Shown: positions 61,516 through 64,000 of the stretch, piece by piece | How the letters are laid out: each line of letters opens with the position of its first letter | Position numbering within the stretch: the first letter of the stretch is position 1 | Assembly (NCBI GenBank): GCA_049517415.1 | Contig: JBEKSC010000008.1 | Coordinates: forward strand, 22,664-86,663 | DNA from: Candidatus Bathyarchaeia archaeon | GTDB lineage: Archaea > Thermoproteota > Bathyarchaeia > 40CM-2-53-6 | Direction of reading: 5' to 3' | DNA: 64,000 nt | The notes under the pieces: generated by a model | What the model was told of the DNA's origin: nothing | Databases searched by the model: none | Seen by the model: the letters and a program-made list of their open reading frames with translations, nothing else | Program-made: the position numbers and the translations under genes

Positions 61516-62592
61516 TCAGTCTGCGTAGTCCAAAATGAACCTTAGGATAGGATTCGGTATCTTGAAGCAATTAGTCAAGAAGTTCCGCACTGAGTAGAAC
61601 ATCGAAGTCTCGACGTTCACCGAGTTGGAACAGCTACTGCAGTGATCTGTCGATCTTGCATACTTCGCATAGGAGTCTGAGCAAAGCACGTCGCCCAGAC
61701 TCTGTTTACGCAGGTCTCCCAGAACTTCACCGTTCCTCGTGCACCAGAAAGGAGTAATCTCACCGGTCTCGGAAACCGTGATGAAAATTTTAGGTTGTGC
61801 ACACGAGTATTTCTTCTGCTTAGTAAGATGCCGCAGGTAATCATACGAATTGAGGATCGGATAACCGGCTTTCTTGTATCTCAATATCTCTGTGGCCAGG
61901 TTTCTGACTTCCTCATCTGATAAGGCGTATCTATCATTTATCCCTGGAAAAACATGCATGGGATCAAATGCCAATTTCGTATCCAACTCTTCTGCCAACG
62001 CGGCCATCTTGGGAACGGCATCTCTGTTGAGTTTGCTCAGAACACAATTGATGACAACCCTTCCACCCATTCGTCTCAATGCAACTATGCCAGTACTCGC
62101 TCTTTCAAACGCGCCGGGAAAGGCGCGCATTCGATCATGGTACTCAGAATTGTAGTCCAAAGAAACCCAGGTAAGGTCGACACAATTTGCCATTTCCCTG
62201 GCCCTTTGAGATAGGTAAATTCCGTTTGTGATTAGGCTAGTATACAAACCGACGCTATGTGCACATTGCATTATCTCCATGATATCCCGCCTCAAGAGCG
62301 GTTCCCCGCCCCAAACGAGATACGCGGCGAATTTCAGATTTCTCGCCTCGACGAGTGTTCTGAGAATGTCGCGAGTTGCCATCTCACCTTCGTTCCTCGG
62401 CTTTCTCCACACATCGCACATCAGACACTTGCAGTTGCATTTCGATGTTACCGAATGTGTTAGGATTATTGGTTTTCCTGTCCAGAATCGAGAATAGTTG
62501 TAGCGATGTGCGTATCTCAGGGCGCTGAGCATTTGATCCCATCTTTGTTTGGCTGTTACAGGCACACGCTGTAATGACCTAATATATAGCAT
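61516..62592 (-). CDS. Radical SAM protein with a SPASM/Twitch-like C-terminus
   Basis: CNCKCLMC, GGEPLLR, ITNG and VSLD motifs; C-terminal C...C...CSSC. Confidence 0.88.
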   Translation of the reverse strand: MLYIRSLQRVPVTAKQRWDQMLSALRYAHRYNYSRFWTGKPIILTHSVTSKCNCKCLMCDVWRKPRNEGEMATRDILRTLVEARNLKFAAYLVWGGEPLLRRDIMEIMQCAHSVGLYTSLITNGIYLSQRAREMANCVDLTWVSLDYNSEYHDRMRAFPGAFERASTGIVALRRMGGRVVINCVLSKLNRDAVPKMAALAEELDTKLAFDPMHVFPGINDRYALSDEEVRNLATEILRYKKAGYPILNSYDYLRHLTKQKKYSCAQPKIFITVSETGEITPFWCTRNGEVLGDLRKQSLGDVLCSDSYAKYARSTDHCSSCSNSVNVETSMFYSVRNFLTNCFKIPNPILRFILDYAD

Positions 62593-62619
62593 CGAATTCT
62601 TGATTTGTCCCTCTAAGGG

Positions 62620-63100
62620 CGGGCATTAAACGCAGGTCCAGAACATGAACATCGAAATCGCCAAACTCGCCTGCAACCGGGAAGACGTGAAACTCATTTC
62701 TGAGAAGCTTGCAAGCTGGGCTGGACTGGCTCCAAGCATCCGACAATCAGGCAGCCAAACCAAACGTGGACACATCACAAAACAAGGCTCCAGAATGCTC
62801 CGCTGGATTCTCATCCAATCAGCTCAGATTTCCCATCGATCCGACCCAAGATTCCAATCCCTCCACAATCGAATCGCAGCCAGACGAGGCAACAACAAAG
62901 CCATAGTCGCCGTTGCACGTGAAATGCTGACCATCGCATACTACATGCTCACCAGACGAGAGGAATATCGGGGCATGGATATGGAACGTTACAAGGAAAA
63001 ACTCAAGAGGCTAGAACGAATAGCAAACAGAGGCTTGCAATAATCCGCAGGAAACCAGTCAAACAGCCTTCCGCAGAAACAGATTGCGTTTTCATGGATG
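62620..63100 (+). mobile_element. IS110-family remnant (5'-truncated, internally deleted transposase at 62645-63043)
   Basis: SWAGLAPS..QSG, GHITKQGS..LRW.L and KAIVAVAR motifs; the DEDD domain and the IPG.G...EIGD segment are missing. Ends are approximate. Confidence 0.85.
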
Positions 63101-63159
63101 GTGCGAGCACCTAAATTTGAACCGTCATTGTGTGTGTAGTACTAATGGTGCACACACAC
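63099..63159 (-). repeat. Hairpin copy 5 plus tRNA 3'-end mimic
   Basis: Minus strand GTGTGTGTGCACCATTAGTACTACACACACA-ATGAC-GGTTCAAATTTAGGTGCTCGCACCA; the 25-nt mimic is 63099-63123. Confidence 0.65.
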
Positions 63160-63204
63160 CACCGGACTATGTGACTGAGAGGAACACAGATTGAATGCGA
63201 TGCT

Positions 63205-63630
63205 TCACTGTTTTTTCAATCTGTATAGTGCATAAACAGCTGCAGTCATCCCTAAGAAAAAGTATAACACTGCTATTTCTATTGGCAAAGTTCCACCTAT
63301 CATGTAAAACGGCGAATGATAATAACTCCACAATCGATTTCCAGTTCCATAAAGCTCCCACACTATATCTGCCACAAAACCAATAGCACCAAGCTCTAAG
63401 ATTACAGGATTTCTAAGTTTAACAAGTCCAGCTATTCCGATGACACCAAACAGAACCATTAGAAGTGTACTCGTCCAGACATTTCTGCCTAATTGACTTG
63501 CTAGAAAAGTGGAAAAGATAATGGCCAAGATCATAATTGAAACTATTGTGACACTATTTTTGAAGGCATCGGCTTTTCCGGCAGAGATAATCCACTCAAT
63601 AACATGCTGAACTTGATTTCGTTTTCCCAT
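63205..63630 (-). CDS. Hypothetical four-TM membrane protein
   Basis: GGAGA RBS; hydrophobic helices; E..G....LW.Y...P.E motif; visibly AT-richer than neighbouring genes. Confidence 0.7.
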   Translation of the reverse strand: MGKRNQVQHVIEWIISAGKADAFKNSVTIVSIMILAIIFSTFLASQLGRNVWTSTLLMVLFGVIGIAGLVKLRNPVILELGAIGFVADIVWELYGTGNRLWSYYHSPFYMIGGTLPIEIAVLYFFLGMTAAVYALYRLKKQ

Positions 63631-63750
63631 TATTCATTTCTCCTCAGCTGGTGGCATAGTAATTTCCTGCACCACATTCATGTCATATAAGAATTCCATC
63701 AATCACTATTGGGAACTAATGGCGTCTTATCGTCGTTTGAGCGGGACTTA

Positions 63751-63857
63751 TTCTTGTGTGTGGATATGCTGGTGCGCGCACACACACACTTTCTGTCGAC
63801 GAACGACGACGGTTCAAATTATGATGCCCGCACCAATGATATATACACACACAAGAA
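63751..63857 (+). repeat. Hairpin copy 6 plus tRNA 3'-end mimic plus right arm
   Basis: TTCTTGTGTGTGGATATGCTGGTGCGCGCACACACACAC; GGTTCAAATTATGATGCCCGCACCA (63811-63835); ATGATATATACACACACAAGAA. Confidence 0.65.
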
Positions 63858-64000
63858 AATACGGTGGATGACGCGTGAAGGATTAGGGTAAGGTTCTGGC
63901 CGATAACATATGTTATCACAAAATCTAATGCATACCCTGCTGCAATACACATGATAAGTGTTGACTTCTCGCGATAGGCATGTTGCGATCCTGATTCTAC

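Noticed and set aside
61425..63835. Functional tRNA genes at the GGTTCRAAT...CCA strings
   Set aside because: No acceptor 5' strand, D-arm or anticodon arm, and the T-stems do not pair well; kept only as tRNA-end mimics.

Overview
Archaeal DNA, most consistent with a TACK-lineage (Bathyarchaeia-like) genome; this is inferred from S25e, crenarchaeal-type PolB1, thermosome, Rpo6, TBP, Ard1 and F420 genes. The window has three parts. (1) About 0.5-20.7 kb is housekeeping genes: agmatinase, RsmB/NOP2, PolB1, CofE, PyrF, S25e, a COG2403 ATPase, thermosome, RpoK, CDF, Ard1 and a site-2 protease. (2) About 20.7-34.4 kb is a cell-surface locus: a short archaeosortase/exosortase-family gene, three proteins ending in P[VI]P[EG]F-TM-Arg-rich sorting tails (including an M6 metalloprotease and a 1462-aa S-layer candidate), and a single-pass protein with a cytoplasmic KaiC/RecA-like ATPase. 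(3) About 34.5-64 kb is an accessory mosaic of redox, stress and efflux genes, a TBP, an orphan WtpA beside Tfx, a zinc-ribbon membrane cluster (S53 protease, LURP-one, RDD) and an IS110 remnant. The most unusual non-coding signal is a dispersed family of GTGTGTG...ACCA...CACACA hairpins (six copies). Three lie beside degenerate 25-nt tRNA 3'-end mimics (GGTTCRAAT...CGCACCA), which suggests att-like recombination sites. No intact tRNA, rRNA or CRISPR array was seen. All calls come from reading motifs by eye; no database search was run.
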